Shown one piece after another: positions 1 through 12,863 of a DNA stretch of 64,000 nt. Position numbers and translations under genes: made by a program. The stretch is from Octopus bimaculoides (Eukaryota), in the NCBI RefSeq assembly GCF_001194135.2, contig NC_068986.1:115780070-115844069 (forward strand), read 5' to 3'. The notes under the pieces were generated by a model. That model had not been told where the DNA came from and did not search any database. It was given only the letters and a program-made list of their open reading frames with translations. Within the stretch, counting starts at the first letter, position 1. Each line of letters begins with the position of its first letter.

Positions 1-452
1 AGAGATAACGACAGAGCAGTACTCAGAAAGATGACATCTTAAAATGCAACTACCTCATCCAGGGCTGATTCCTCCGGCGTCAGGCGTTGGCTGTGGGAAT
101 GATCGTCGAGCTGATATGGAAACAGAAAGGCAGATAAACACGGCTACACTGAATGTCTCATGGTGCTCCCGAAACGGCTGTCAAGATTATGACATTTACT
201 TTATTTCTTCTTTCAACATAAATATAAGCATAAGCCTACTCGAGTTTATCTGCCTTTCTACTTCACACACACACACACACACACACACGCACGCACGCGA
301 ATACACACACACATATACCAACACTAGCATCATCATCAACATCATCGTCGTCATCATCATTCATACAAACACTACCACCACCGCCAACAGCAACAACATT
401 GCTGTCATTATCATCATCATTATCATCATCTTCCTTGTTTACATTGTTACAG

Positions 453-553
453 GTGTGAAGCGGTTCTCGAACGACGTTGAAAAGATGATTGGTCATCAAC
501 CATCCTACTACTGGAAATTCTGTTGGACAGTGGTTTGTCCCTGCATTATACTG
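453..553 (+). CDS. SLC6 neurotransmitter:sodium symporter, internal exon (TM11 region)
   Basis: ttacag|gt acceptor; GVKRFSNDVEKMIGHQPSYYWKFCWTVVCPCIIL matches the SLC6 'GxxRFxxDIxxMxGxxPxxYWxxCW' motif; ctg|gtcagt donor, phase 0. Confidence 0.93.
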
Positions 554-1395
554 GTCAGTCTCTAAAATTGTTTCTTTGTCCACTTTCAAATCAATCTACA
601 ACCGACAACAATGAGGAAGATTTAAAAACAAAAGCTTCTAAAACAGTGATCGAATTATTGAATTTAACATTAGAAATAAAATTTTAAATTAATTTAGGAA
701 AATGAGTTACTCAGATAAGTAGATGGTCCGTTTATCAATCTGCTTATCTGAGCATATTCTTAAATTACAACGTGGGAAAGATAGATTTTCCAGAAAAAGA
801 AAACCTGCCAGCATACATATTACAAATGCAATTTGTACGAGGAACAGTTAAAATATGCAAGACTTTTATCAAGTTTAAGATGTGACATTGTAATCTATAT
901 TCTAACGACGGAACTTTGTACATTTGTTAGAAACCAGTTCCTTCCTCAGAGGAAGACTTCAAATAATTAAAACAGAAAAGAATACAAATATACATACATA
1001 CGTACATGCATACATACATACGCGCACACACACACACGCACACACACACACTCACACACACTCACATATAATTATATACCTACCTACATACATACATCAC
1101 ATATACATGTTGAATATTTCTTCTCTATACGATCTGATGACATGCAGAGTCCACCAAAAGCCCGATTAAATGAATCCATAACCAGATATTTTATATATAT
1201 ACATANNNNNNNNNNNNNNNNNNNNNNNNNNNNNNNNNNNNNNNNNTATATATATATAACGGTCATTTTTCACGGGAATTTTCAATGGCCGGATAACTGA
1301 AGAGATGTTGGCGTAGACCCCCACCCCCACCCTGGCATCCGAAACTCTGAGTTTTATCATGGCTACTGAATAAGTGTCACATATTTTTACAGATA

Positions 1396-1433
<38 letters not shown>

Positions 1434-1829
1434 CAGAGTTAGCGGTTATAATAACCGACTAAGGGATAAAATATCCGTACATACTATCGGTTTCAGTTAC
1501 CCGTGTTATCTCTGGGCATTAGCATGCAGGCACACACTATGCAGGTAGAGTGCAGGTAATAACAGGATAAACTAGAGTTTATCAGGAACCAATGCAAATA
1601 GTTAGAAAATGGAGAAAATGATTATATATATATATATATATATATATGAGTAAATGTAATGAGAAGCAAGTCGATTGACACAAAATATTAAATCCATTTA
1701 ATAAGAAAAATGTACATATGCATGGATATAAAATGGTTCGACTTACAGAATTTAAATGACATCAGAAGCTAAATGGTTTAAAGATTATATCGTTAAACTC
1801 CATCCTATCAACAACTCAATGTAAAATTC

Positions 1830-1921
1830 TCCCCTGAAGACGGAGGCGGTGTTATCCGATAATAGGTCCAAGTAACTATTATTATTCTGGCCCACCAAGA
1901 CCCCAGAAACAGCTGTTGGAC
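1830..1921 (+). ncRNA. Degenerate hammerhead-like motif (family 2, probable Penelope terminus)
   Basis: CTGAAGA at 1834-1840, then ~65 nt, then GAA-ACAGCTGT(palindrome)-T; same layout as 7563-7638; stem I weak. Confidence 0.35.
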
Positions 1922-2161
1922 TTCTAAAACTCTACATATTTAACTCCTAAAATTTATATTCTGTAAGTCGGACCGTTTTATATCCATACAAATTTACGTT
2001 TTTTCTATTAAATGTATTTAATATTCTGTGTAAATCGACTTCTCTAACTTGTTTCTCATTACATTTACCCATCTACCGGCTCAAGTTCAAATTTCTTGAG
2101 CACTTCGAAGTGTATTCTATATAGAGAACACTAGTTTCTAATCTATAAATTATATATATAC

Positions 2162-2257
<96 letters not shown>

Positions 2258-2267
2258 TTCGCCTGCT

Positions 2268-2418
2268 GTTACGTTCTGAGTTCAAATTCCGCCTTTCCTT
2301 CTTTCGGGGTCGATTAAGTAAGTACCAGTTACGCACTGAGGATCGATGTAATCGACTTAATTCCTTTGTTTGTCCTTGTTTGCCTCTCTATGTTTAGCCC
2401 CTTGTGGGCAATAAAGAA
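2268..2418 (+). mobile_element. SINE family E, partial
   Basis: acgttctgagttcaaattcc...gtcgattaagtaagtaccagtt shared with 17290, 24385, 47490 and 53855. Confidence 0.7.
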
Positions 2419-2508
2419 ACATATGTGTGCATGTATGTATATATATATATATTATCTTATTTTCGGAAGTTCATTAATTTATATCCGTTTGTCTTTCACT
2501 ATTTCCAG

Positions 2509-2676
2509 GGAATGTTCTGCCTGTCAATCTACAGCTACACGGGTATAACCCTGGGCGATTATAAATTCCCCAAATGGGCCGAAATAGTCGGTTGGGCTGT
2601 GTCGCTTTCCTCGATGATCGGGATTCCTGTCTACATCATTTATAAAGCCATAGCAACGGCAGTGACACACGAAATG
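2509..2676 (+). CDS. SLC6 transporter, exon with TM12
   Basis: ttccag| acceptor; GMFCLSIYSYTGITLGDYKFPKWAEIVGWAVSLSSMIGIPVYIIYKAIATAVTHEM is typical SLC6 TM12; |gtaacc donor; phase matches the previous exon. Subfamily not resolvable by eye. Confidence 0.93.
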
Positions 2677-3193
2677 GTAACCTTTAATGTACTCTCGCCC
2701 TCTCTCCTTCTCACTCTCTCTCTCCCTCTCTCTCTTTCTCAATCTATCTATCTATCTATTTCTCTGCTATTTCTTTTACTCTTGCTCTGGCTCACTCTCT
2801 TGCGTTCTCTCTCTCACTCACTCCCCCTCTCTCTGTCCCTCTCCCTCTCTCCCTCTCCCTCCCTCCCTCTCTCTCTATCTATCTATTTCTCTGTTATTTT
2901 TCTTTGCTTGTTTAGATGAGTTTGAGGGAGGATGTCGATGTGCGTGTGGGTATGCGTGTGTAAGAGTATGCCTGTATGAGTATATGTGTGTATGTGTGTG
3001 AGTGTGTGCGTGCATGTGGGTGCATGTGTGTGTATGTTGTGTAAAGTATAAATATAACTCGCTCTCGACAACTCCACAACGGACGAAAGCGCCAAGTTCA
3101 AACGACACCGTTTTACCTTAATTCTATTCAGTGGGTTTTTTTATTAATAGTTCCGTATAATCCTCCATTAAGGATTGTATTATATATATGTGT

Positions 3194-3230
<37 letters not shown>

Positions 3231-3306
3231 TCTCTCTCTCTATATATATATATGCATACACATAAAATTCTTTAATTATGTCATATATACACGTAAGCAT
3301 ATATAT

Positions 3307-3338
<32 letters not shown>

Positions 3339-3351
3339 GAATATATTGTGT

Positions 3352-3548
3352 TGTGACCCCCTTCGGTCATGACTGACCATGGGATTGCACCTAGAAAGTT
3401 ACCCTCCGAGGCACAAGTCTGGGCAAGATTGTTTATAGAAGACCCGCAACTGCCCGTGCATACCAGCTTCCCCTCTCCACGCCACCGATGTTGTCCAAGG
3501 GAAAGGCAAAGGGGCCGATACAGCTTGGCACCAATGACGTCGCAGCTC
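3352..3548 (-). mobile_element. SINE family D, 3' part
   Basis: Reverse complement of the 14760-14960 body (ggtaactttctaggtgcaat). Confidence 0.75.
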
Positions 3549-3564
3549 ATTTTTAATAATTCCG

Positions 3565-3672
3565 TGTACTGAGCACTCCACAGACACATGTACCCTTAAC
3601 GTAGTTCTCTGGAGATTCAGCGTGACACAGAATGTAACAAGGCTGGCCCCTTTGAATTACAGGTACAACAGA
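3565..3672 (-). mobile_element. SINE family C fragment
   Basis: gagcactccacagacac...ttacaggtacaacagaa matches 18985-19090. Confidence 0.7.
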
Positions 3673-4898
3673 ATAAGGCAGTTCTGAAGTTATTTGTTCA
3701 ACGGATCTATAAGGTAGAAAATATTTTAGTGGGGAAACACACGTGGTGGATATAAATTAAGAAAGAGATAAGATGAAAAAACACGGAAGATTTGTTTTAC
3801 AGGATTTAAAAGTATATTAGAGCGATGATAATAATAGCGGTATGCAATTTTGCACAAAATAAGGTTTTGTTCTTTCAACATAATTGAAATAAATGCCGGT
3901 TTCGCATTGTTCATCAAACTGTCAGTTGAAAGCGATAAATTGCTAGGAGGATAATGCTAGGAGGATAATGCTAGGGGAGATAATTGTTCACTCATATATT
4001 TTGCAGTGAAAGGGAAGTAAATCTGTAATTTTTATTTTGGGGGGGTTTTTGTGTTCTCTGCTTTATTCGGGCTTACACATCTTCCATTAGATGGGGGTAA
4101 GTCCTTTATTTCTCATATGGTTTCATATTCAATTTTGGTTTATATTTTTGGATAAATGAGGCTTCTTTATTCAGTCTTACTTGTATTGAGGTCCAGAAAG
4201 CAAGTTGATAAAATGAGAAAATTTCGAATTGTGGTTGTACACGTTCTACACGTTCGTCGACTGAGGTATATTTGGCGATANNNNNNNNNNNNNNNNNNNN
4301 NNNNNNNNNNNNNNNNNNNNNNNNNNNNNNNNNNNNNNNNNNNNNNNNNNNNNNNNNNNNNNNNNNNNNNNNNNNNNNNNNNNNNNNNNNNNNNNNNNNN
4401 NNNNNNNNNNNNNNNNNNNNNNNNNNNNNNNNNNNNNNNNNNNNNNNNNNNNNNNNNNNNNNNNNNNNNNNNNNNNNNNNNNNNNNNNNNNNNNNNNNNN
4501 NNNNNNNNNNNNNNNNNNNNNNNNNNNNNNNNNNNNNNNNNNNNNNNNNNNNNNNNNNNNNNNNNNNNNNNNNNNNNNNNNNNNNNNNNNNNNNNNNNNN
4601 NNNNNNNNNNNNNNNNNNNNNNNNNNNNNNNNNNNNNNNNNNNNNNNNNNNNNNNNNNNNNNNNNATATATGGATGAAAACAGTTTGATTCATATTCGTT
4701 GGTACTCTGAGTTTCAAGCGTGATGCTAATCTTCAGCCATATATATATATATACATATATATATTTCACTCAACACATTTATTGGGAGTTACATATATGG
4801 ATGAAAACAGTTTGATTCATATTCGTTGGTACTCTGAGTTTCAAGCGTGATGCTAATCTTCAGCCATATATATATATATACATATGTGTGTGTTCATA

Positions 4899-4934
<36 letters not shown>

Positions 4935-4966
4935 TAATCTGATTATTTCTTTCGTTCTTCTTACAG

Positions 4967-5125
4967 ACTTTTTGGGAGCTGATAGGACGTGGACAAGACT
5001 TTTCATTAACAGAAGGGGAAAATGCGAGGAAAAAATCCGCCTCATCGAAGGTCGAACTTAAATCGATATACAACGGTCAACAATGGCCTCATCACAGCCG
5101 TACTTACCCAGAATTGCCGTCTTAA
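4967..5125 (+). CDS. Probable terminal coding exon of the SLC6 gene
   Basis: Strong tract ttctttcgttcttcttacag|; phase-0 frame TFWELIGRGQDFSLTEGENARKKSASSKVELKSIYNGQQWPHHSRTYPELPS*. Assembly gap 4281-4665 could hide another exon. Confidence 0.6.
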   Translation, partial: TFWELIGRGQDFSLTEGENARKKSASSKVELKSIYNGQQWPHHSRTYPELPS

Positions 5126-5490
5126 GCGGCCCCTCTTCACTACACTGCAACCACGGGATTTCACATTTAATAATACTCTTCCACAAACATATATACATGC
5201 GCATGCGCATGCGCCTCTGTATATGGGTATATGTGGGATTCATAAATATTTATCTACATTTTATATATATATTTGTATATTCTTATATAAACATAAATGT
5301 ATATATTTATAAATACATTAATAATGTGCGTGTGTGTGTGGTGTGTATGTGAGTGTATTGTGTAAAGAGAGAGAGACAGAGAGACAGACAGACAGAAAGT
5401 GAGAAGAAGAGAAAAATTACCGGTCAGAAGTCTAATTCATATGACCTATACAAATGATTATGTATATAAAGATAGATAGATAGATAGAAG

Positions 5491-5538
<48 letters not shown>

Positions 5539-5808
5539 TAGAGGTATCATTGCCGTTATTAATAGATTTAATAACGTAATAATAAGGTGGCTAGCAAGTT
5601 AACACCGTTACAGGCACAATATAAGTTAAATTTAGATTCAGTAGGGTATATAATACCAGTTGTTAAAATCAGAGCCAAAGATACACACGAGCAATCCCAT
5701 GAACATATGAGAAATAGGCTTACCTTTGCATTGAATACATCAGTAAGTAATGTATATTTTAAAATCAATTGATTTTACACTTTGCATGACAAACATGTTT
5801 TGCGATAT

Positions 5809-6114
5809 AGTTCTATATTTAAGAGATGGGGAATTATGTACATTATTCATCAGGTGTCTTGGGGAAATTTCGAAACTGAGTTCAGGTCACTGCCTGGAAC
5901 CGAACTCGAACACTTGGGGTTAGTAGCCCGCGCTCTTTGCCACTACGCCAGTGAAATTTAGAGCTTATAAAAATACCTTAGGAATGAGAACCCAGTTTCA
6001 AAGTTTCCCTAAGACACCTGATGAGGGCTGGAGAGTATATCAGCCGAAATGTTGTATTAACAACAAACAAGATGAGGACACATATCTGTCAAATGTAAAT
6101 AATGTAAATAATGT
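5809..6114. mobile_element. Palindromic tRNA/hammerhead element, copy 1 (internally deleted)
   Basis: Shared left end agttctatatttaagagatg; reversed tRNA-like module ~5880-5950; right arm with gacacCTGATGA..cagccGAAA at 6013-6058. Confidence 0.85.
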
Positions 6115-6264
6115 ATGCTTTGAGATTTTCAATTGAAAATAACATTTTAACATCTATTTCTGATATGTTCATTGCATTGCCCGTACGTGTCTTTATCGTG
6201 AGTTTATGGTGGTTTGGGGAGATTTAGCTCTGATTTTAGCAAGTGGTATTTTATACCCTATTGA

Positions 6265-6302
<38 letters not shown>

Positions 6303-6377
6303 TATGTGTGCATGTATGTATGCAGGGACTATGTATGTGTGTGTACTTATATGTATATATGTGTGTGTGTGTGTGTA

Positions 6378-6415
<38 letters not shown>

Positions 6416-7562
6416 CGTATGTGTTTGTGTGTATACTTACANNNNNNNNNNNNNNNNNNNNNNNNNNNNNNNNNNNNNNNNNNNNNNNNNNNNNNNNNNN
6501 NNNNNNNNNNNNNNNNNNNNNNNNNNNNNNNNNNNNNNNNNNNNNNNNNNNNNNNNNNNNNNNNNNNNNNNNNNNNNNNNNNNNNNNNNNNNNNNNNNNN
6601 NNNNNNNNNNNNNNNNNNNNNNNNNNNNNNNNNNNNNNNNNNNNNNNNNNNNNNNNNNNNNNNNNNNNNNNNNNNNNNNNNNNNNNNNNNNNNNNNNNNN
6701 NNNNNNNNNNNNNNNNNNNNNNNNNNNNNNNNNNNNNNNNNNNNNNNNNNNNNNNNNNNNNNNNNNNNNNNNNNNNNNNNNNNNNNNNNNNNNNNNNNNN
6801 NNNNNNNNNNNNNNNNNNNNNNNNNNNNNNNNNNNNNNNNNNNNNNNNNNNNNNNNNNNNNNNNNNNNNNNNNNNNNNNNNNNNNNNNNNNNNNNNNNNN
6901 NNNNNNNNNNNNNNNNNNNNNNNNNNNNNNNNNNNNNNNNNNNNNNNNNNNNNNNNNNNNNNNNNNNNNNNNNNNNNNNNNNNNNNNNNNNNNNNNNNNN
7001 NNNNNNNNNNNNNNNNNNNNNNNNNNNNNNNNNNNNNNNNNNNNNNNNNNNNNNNNNNNNNNNNNNNNNNNNNNNNNNNNNNNNNNNNNNNNNNNNNNNN
7101 NNNNNNNNNNNNNNNNNNNNNNNNNNNNNNNNNNNNNNNNNNNNNNNNNNNNNNNNNNNNNNNNNNNNNNNNNNNNNNNNNNNNNNNNNNNNNNNNNNNN
7201 NNNNNNNNNNNNNNNNNNNNNNNNNNNNNNNNNNNNNNNNNNNNNNNNNNNNNNNNNNNNNNNNNNNNNNNNNNNNNNNNNNNNNNNNNNNNNNNNNNNN
7301 NNNNNNNNNNNNNNNNNNNNNNNNNNNNNNNNNNNNNNNNNNNNNNNNNNNNNNNNNNNNNNNNNNNNNNNNNNNNNNNNNNNNNNNNNNNNNNNNNNNN
7401 NNNNNNNNNNNNNTATATATATATATATATCTACTCGTGTGTTCTTCTTCAACCTTTTACATATATATATATAATATTAGAGGGAAAAGGACAACAAAAA
7501 CCAAGGCAGGACAAGTATCTCAAGTCATTTAGAATATTTAATTAGGGTAAAGTGAATTTGAA

Positions 7563-7638
7563 ATCTTACAGCTGTTTCTGGGATATCTCAAGTAATAGGT
7601 TAGCATGTCCGTACACTGGACATTCCGTTATCAGAGAC
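7563..7638 (-). ncRNA. Degenerate hammerhead-like motif (family 2)
   Basis: Minus strand: gtct-CTGATAA-(49 nt)-GAA-ACAGCTGT-A-agat; stem I gtct/agat pairs; G8 of the core is mutated. Confidence 0.45.
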
Positions 7639-7707
7639 AAGGTGGGAATATATGAAAGTTCTAGACAAGGAAATTCACACTTTATAAGGAATAAAATATT
7701 AGAATAA

Positions 7708-7779
7708 AGAGTAAAACAATAGATAGAAGAATACAGACAGGGGAATATGTCTGTATTCTTCTATCTATTGTTTTACTCT
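7708..7779. repeat. Perfect 32-bp inverted repeat with 8-nt loop
   Basis: agagtaaaacaatagatagaagaatacagaca (7708-7739) is the exact reverse complement of 7748-7779; followed by extra ttgttttactcta units. Confidence 0.95.
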
Positions 7780-7820
7780 ATTGTTTTACTCTATTGTTTT
7801 ACTCTATCTATCTATCTATC

Positions 7821-7862
<42 letters not shown>

Positions 7863-8703
7863 TATACGTATGTATAAATACGGATATGTTCAGGTACACA
7901 GAAACGTATAAGCAGATACAAACGTGTGTATAAAATGTGTGCATGTGTGTGTGTGTGTGTGCATGTGTGTGTGTATGTGAGTGTGTGTGTGTGTGTGTGC
8001 GCGCGCGTGCGTGTGTGTGTGTGTGTCTAGTGATCATGAGGGTGTCAGCCACAATGAAAATGATGCATATGTGTATGGACAGAAAGGCCAATTATTATAA
8101 CTGAGATCTATAAAAAAAATATTTCCAAATGATTGTCGATCCAGACTTGTAACTGGCAGTTTCACCAAAGAACTTGAGAACGTCCAACGAATGCATTATT
8201 TCCAAGAACGAGATATTTTCTGTATGTCCGCATTTCAAGAAATACATCATGTGGCAATTGACCACAAGACACTCAGTAACCCGCTTGGCATCGGATTATT
8301 GTAACGTTGGTTATCTCCCTTGTGTTTTTCGTCTTGTCTTCTTCCTTACCAGCGTCTCTTGTTTAGACGTCATCTGCTCAAAAGACAACTGACAAACAGT
8401 CATGTTCTCATTAATTATAAATTATTATTTCGATCAGAAAACCTTGGGTAGCTGTATTTAACAAGATTTGTGGGGTTTATTATGGCATTATCTCTTCTCT
8501 CTTAGCTGATCGACTGCTTTTCTACTCGCTCAAGCCTTACCACATCATATATAAATATATACATAGGTATATATGCCTATGTAATTCATAGATGATAATA
8601 AAATATTCTCCGTATACAATACACTTTGTAGCGCTCAAGAGGTTTAAACTTGAACGGATAGAGTAGTAAATGTAAGGATAAGCAATTTATATGCATATAT
8701 ATA

Positions 8704-8744
<41 letters not shown>

Positions 8745-9756
8745 NNNNNNNNNNNNNNNNNNNNNNNNNNNNNNNNNNNNNNNNNNNNNNNNNNNNNNNN
8801 NNNNNNNNNNNNNNNNNNNNNNNNNNNNNNNNNNNNNNNNNNNNNNNNNNNNNNNNNNNNNNNNNNNNNNNNNNNNNNNNNNNNNNNNNNNNNNNNNNNN
8901 NNNNNNNNNNNNNNNNNNNNNNNNNNNNNNNNNNNNNNNNNNNNNNNNNNNNNNNNNNNNNNNNNNNNNNNNNNNNNNNNNNNNNNNNNNNNNNNNNNNN
9001 NNNNNNNNNNNNNNNNNNNNNNNNNNNNNNNNNNNNNNNNNNNNNNNNNNNNNNNNNNNNNNNNNNNNNNNNNNNNNNNNNNNNNNNNNNNNNNNNNNNN
9101 NNNNNNNNNNNNNNNNNNNNNNNNNNNNNNNNNNNNNNNNNNNNNNNNNNNNNNNNNNNNNNNNNNNNNNNNNNNNNNNNNNNNNNNNNNNNNNNNNNNN
9201 NNNNNNNNNNNNNNNNNNNNNNNNNNNNNNNNNNNNNNNNNNNNNNNNNNNNNNNNNNNNNNNNNNNNNNNNNNNNNNNNNNNNNNNNNNNNNNNNNNNN
9301 NNNNNNNNNNNNNNNNNNNNNNNNNNNNNNNNNNNNNNNNNNNNNNNNNNNNNNNNNNNNNNNNNNNNNNNNNNNNNNNNNNNNNNNNNNNNNNNNNNNN
9401 NNNNNNNNNGTGTGTGTGTGTGTGCATGTGTGTGTGTGTGCGCGCGTGCGCGTGTGTGTGTGTGCGCGCGTGCGCGTGTGTGTGTGTGTGTGTGTGTGTA
9501 AGTGCATGCGCAAATATAAGCAGACCATGGCACAGAAAAATAATTCATACATATATACACAGATACACATATAGATATATACACACACATACATACTTAA
9601 TACATACATACATACATACATATGTGTGTGTGTGTATGTATGTATATATGTGTATATGGATGTATGTATGTATATACACCGTTCAAACACTAACTGTTAA
9701 GTAAGGATGATAATGGTGACGGCAGTGATGGACGCCGTAACAGATTAAAATGGTGA

Positions 9757-9810
<54 letters not shown>

Positions 9811-10129
9811 GGTCGAGGAGATTTTTCTGTTGGTATAGTGATGGCAGTAGTAGCGGTTGTTTTGATGGTATTGTCAGCAGTTTCTGGGGTTGTGTCGGGT
9901 TGTGAAACAAATCAATTTCGGTTACGTTGTCTCCATTGTTCACTTTCGTTCAACCGCTTCTCGCCTCATCCCCACCCCACCCCTGTCATATGGAAATGAG
10001 TTACACTGTGACATCTGAATGGAGCAGACAGACATCATACATATTATACATACACATATATTTATATGTGTGTATGTGTGTATATATATATANNNNNNNN
10101 NNNNNNNNNNNNNNNNNNNNNNNNNNNNN

Positions 10130-10171
<42 letters not shown>

Positions 10172-10849
10172 CGTATAACTTACTAATACATTTTATCTGA
10201 TTAAGAGCTTCATGATATCTGTCGGTAACAGACCAAACATCATTCGATGGGCACAAATCCACAACTAATGGCGTCTTCTCTGTATAGAGAGGAAGTTGAA
10301 TCCACTGCCGTTTGGAACAATCAAAGCATCATGGAAAAAAGTCAGTTATAATTAGAATACAATTTGGTCAAAAAGATATAACTGGTAAAATAATTGTTAA
10401 CATTTGGTTATCTGACTATGTGATGGCTTAAAATCAAATTAATTGGAGCAATTGACAGAATATATTTGAAATAAGAATAATGTATGTTAAAGTTTAAAGA
10501 TTTACTTAGAAATGGGAGAGAAAATACAGGAAAATAGGGGAAAAGGTTGAAGAAATATGTATAGCTGTGGCTCGAAAGTGTACAAATAGAATATTTATGA
10601 TTCCAGTTTGAATTCTTCCAGGTTGAAGAGATGTAAAAAAAAGGAATTAAGAATGTACGTATACTCAGCCATTTACAAGTATTCACACACATCTCTCCAT
10701 TATACTTGCACACAATTGTAAATTCAAGATGGTTGTGTCCAACTCTGTACAATGACATTTTCTACATTTTTATATTTTCTGAAAATCTCGGACTAAGAAT
10801 TTTAATATTATTTTAGTTGTAGTGTTTGTATGTATGCTTTCTTTTTTTT

Positions 10850-11290
10850 TTTTCAGTTGTGTACAGGTCACATCCTTTAGCATTTATATAAGTCCTGCAT
10901 AATCTTTCCTTCTGAAGCATTTTCTTTCAATGGTCAGCTATAATAAGAGGGTTTCTTTGCATTCAAATTTTCAAGACTTCCGACTGAATAAACGTCATTG
11001 TAAAATCTTTCTCTAAACTGCCCTTTGTTTATGCCAATGTAGAATTTTTTAGTGATATTAAGTTTCAGATTTATTGACTTAACCTCGTATAAAATGGCTT
11101 CTTCATTCAGAGGCATATTTGGCGAGCGTGCGTTAATCTCTCTACATGTACAATCGGCTTCAGTCGATGTCATTAAGTATATGAGTATATTCCAAGTTAT
11201 AGAGCACAGTTTTGCCTCTGCGTAGCTGAAATTTTGCATAGAGACACATCTTCTCGTGAAAAAGTCATAAGATACGTGTTTCATTTTGTT
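10850..11290 (-). mobile_element. Penelope-like element GIY-YIG endonuclease remnant
   Basis: CTCRE..PL..EAILYEVK..KFYIG..KGQFRERFYN, and downstream in another frame KGCDLYTTEK; matches the PLE layout CxCR..CPL..YxA..YIG..FK.R..NH..RCxLCxxEK. Confidence 0.62.
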
Positions 11291-11375
11291 ATTTATTATA
11301 AACCCTGGTGACATCGGATACTGTGCGCTAGTTAGTGTGTGCATATGTGTGTGTATATATATATATATATATGTG

Positions 11376-11412
<37 letters not shown>

Positions 11413-11753
11413 NNNNNNNNNNNNNNNNNNNNNNNNNNNNNNNNNNNNNNNNNNNNNNNNNNNNNNNNNNNNNNNNNNNNNNNNNNNNNNNNNNNNNNNN
11501 NNNNNNNNNNNNNNNNNNNNNNNNNNNNNNNNNNNNNNNNNNNNNNNNNNNNNNNNNNNNNNNNNNNNNNNNNNNNNNNNNNNNNNNNNNNNNNNNNNNN
11601 NNNNNNNNNNNNNNNNNNNNNNNNNNNNNNNNNNNNNNNNNNNNNNNNNNNNNNNNNNNNNNNNNNNNNNNNNNNNNNNNNNNNNNNNNNNNNNNNNNNN
11701 NNNNNNNNNNNNNNNNNNNNNNNNNNNNNNNNNNNNNNNNNNNNNNNNNNNNN

Positions 11754-11801
<48 letters not shown>

Positions 11802-12831
11802 ACATATATGGATACATACACATTATATATGTGTGTGTATGTGCGTGAGTATGTGGGGTGGGGTATTGTATTGTATCATGATTTCACATTGCGATTAAGC
11901 GAAGAAAATATGATATACTGTGAGGCAGCGTTAAATAAGATAATTTATTCAAAGCTGAGACCTGAACCTGCATCAATCGCCACTCAGAGTTTTTCGTTCT
12001 TGGTCCTCTACACACCATTTGATTGGTTTCGGATAGGATGACCACTGAAGACAACCTCTTGAGGACCTATTAGTTACATGTGTGGGCCACTGGTGATAAA
12101 TGGAGGAATAGAAATAGAAATGGAAACGAAAGAAAGAATAACGAGACGACCAAGAATTGGGAGATCGAGAATAAAATTTGCAATAATTGGAGGGATAGAA
12201 ATGCCAGAAAATGGAAAGAGATGAAAATACTTAAGCTGATAGATAACAATTCTGTATTTTCTTTAAAATAAGTAATTAATCAAAAAAACAAAACCGTTGT
12301 TATCTTTATCATCAACCAAGGAAACAAACCATGAAAAAACAAACGCGTTAAAATCCTCTCACTTGCGTAAATACAAGAGATTTGTTGACGTTTGGAACTA
12401 TTAATGAGAAAGAAAATATCTTTCGTTTACGACTTTTTCAAAGTTCTTTTCGATCTCGTTCTTTTTTGCTTCTCCACCACCCACCACCCCACCTTACCTT
12501 CCTTCATTTTTTACTTCTTCCCATAGTTTTCCCACCTTCTCCCNNNNNNNNNNNNNNNNNNNNNNNNNNNNNNNNNNNNNNNNNNNNNNNNNNNNNNNNN
12601 NNNNNNNNNNNNNNNNNNNNNNNNNNNNNNNNNNNNNNNNNNNNNNNNNNNNNNNNNNNNNNNNNNNNNNNNNNNNNNNNNNNNNNNNNNNNNNNNNNNN
12701 NNNNNNNNNNNNNNNNNNNNNNNNNNNNNNNNNNNNNNNNNNNNNNNNNNNNNNNNNNNNNNNNNNNNNNNNNNNNNNNNNNNNNNNNNNNNNNNNNNNN
12801 NNNNNNNNNNNNNNNNNNNNNNNNNNNNNNN

Positions 12832-12863
<32 letters not shown>

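Noticed and set aside
150-186. cccgaaacggctgtcaaga, similar to the family 2 hammerhead 3' half
   Set aside because: No convincing CTGANGA with a pairing stem I upstream
4666-4885. Exact ~95-bp direct repeat at 127-bp offset
   Set aside because: It abuts an assembly gap; most likely a contig-end overlap or haplotype artefact
8350-8388. Possible 39-nt minus-strand exon (gtcag|LSFEQMTSKQETL|gtaagg) of a hidden gene
   Set aside because: Weak acceptor, no recognisable peptide, no partner exons found
9683-9943. Thr-rich ORF
   Set aside because: Driven by a (TAG)n microsatellite; no splice or homology support
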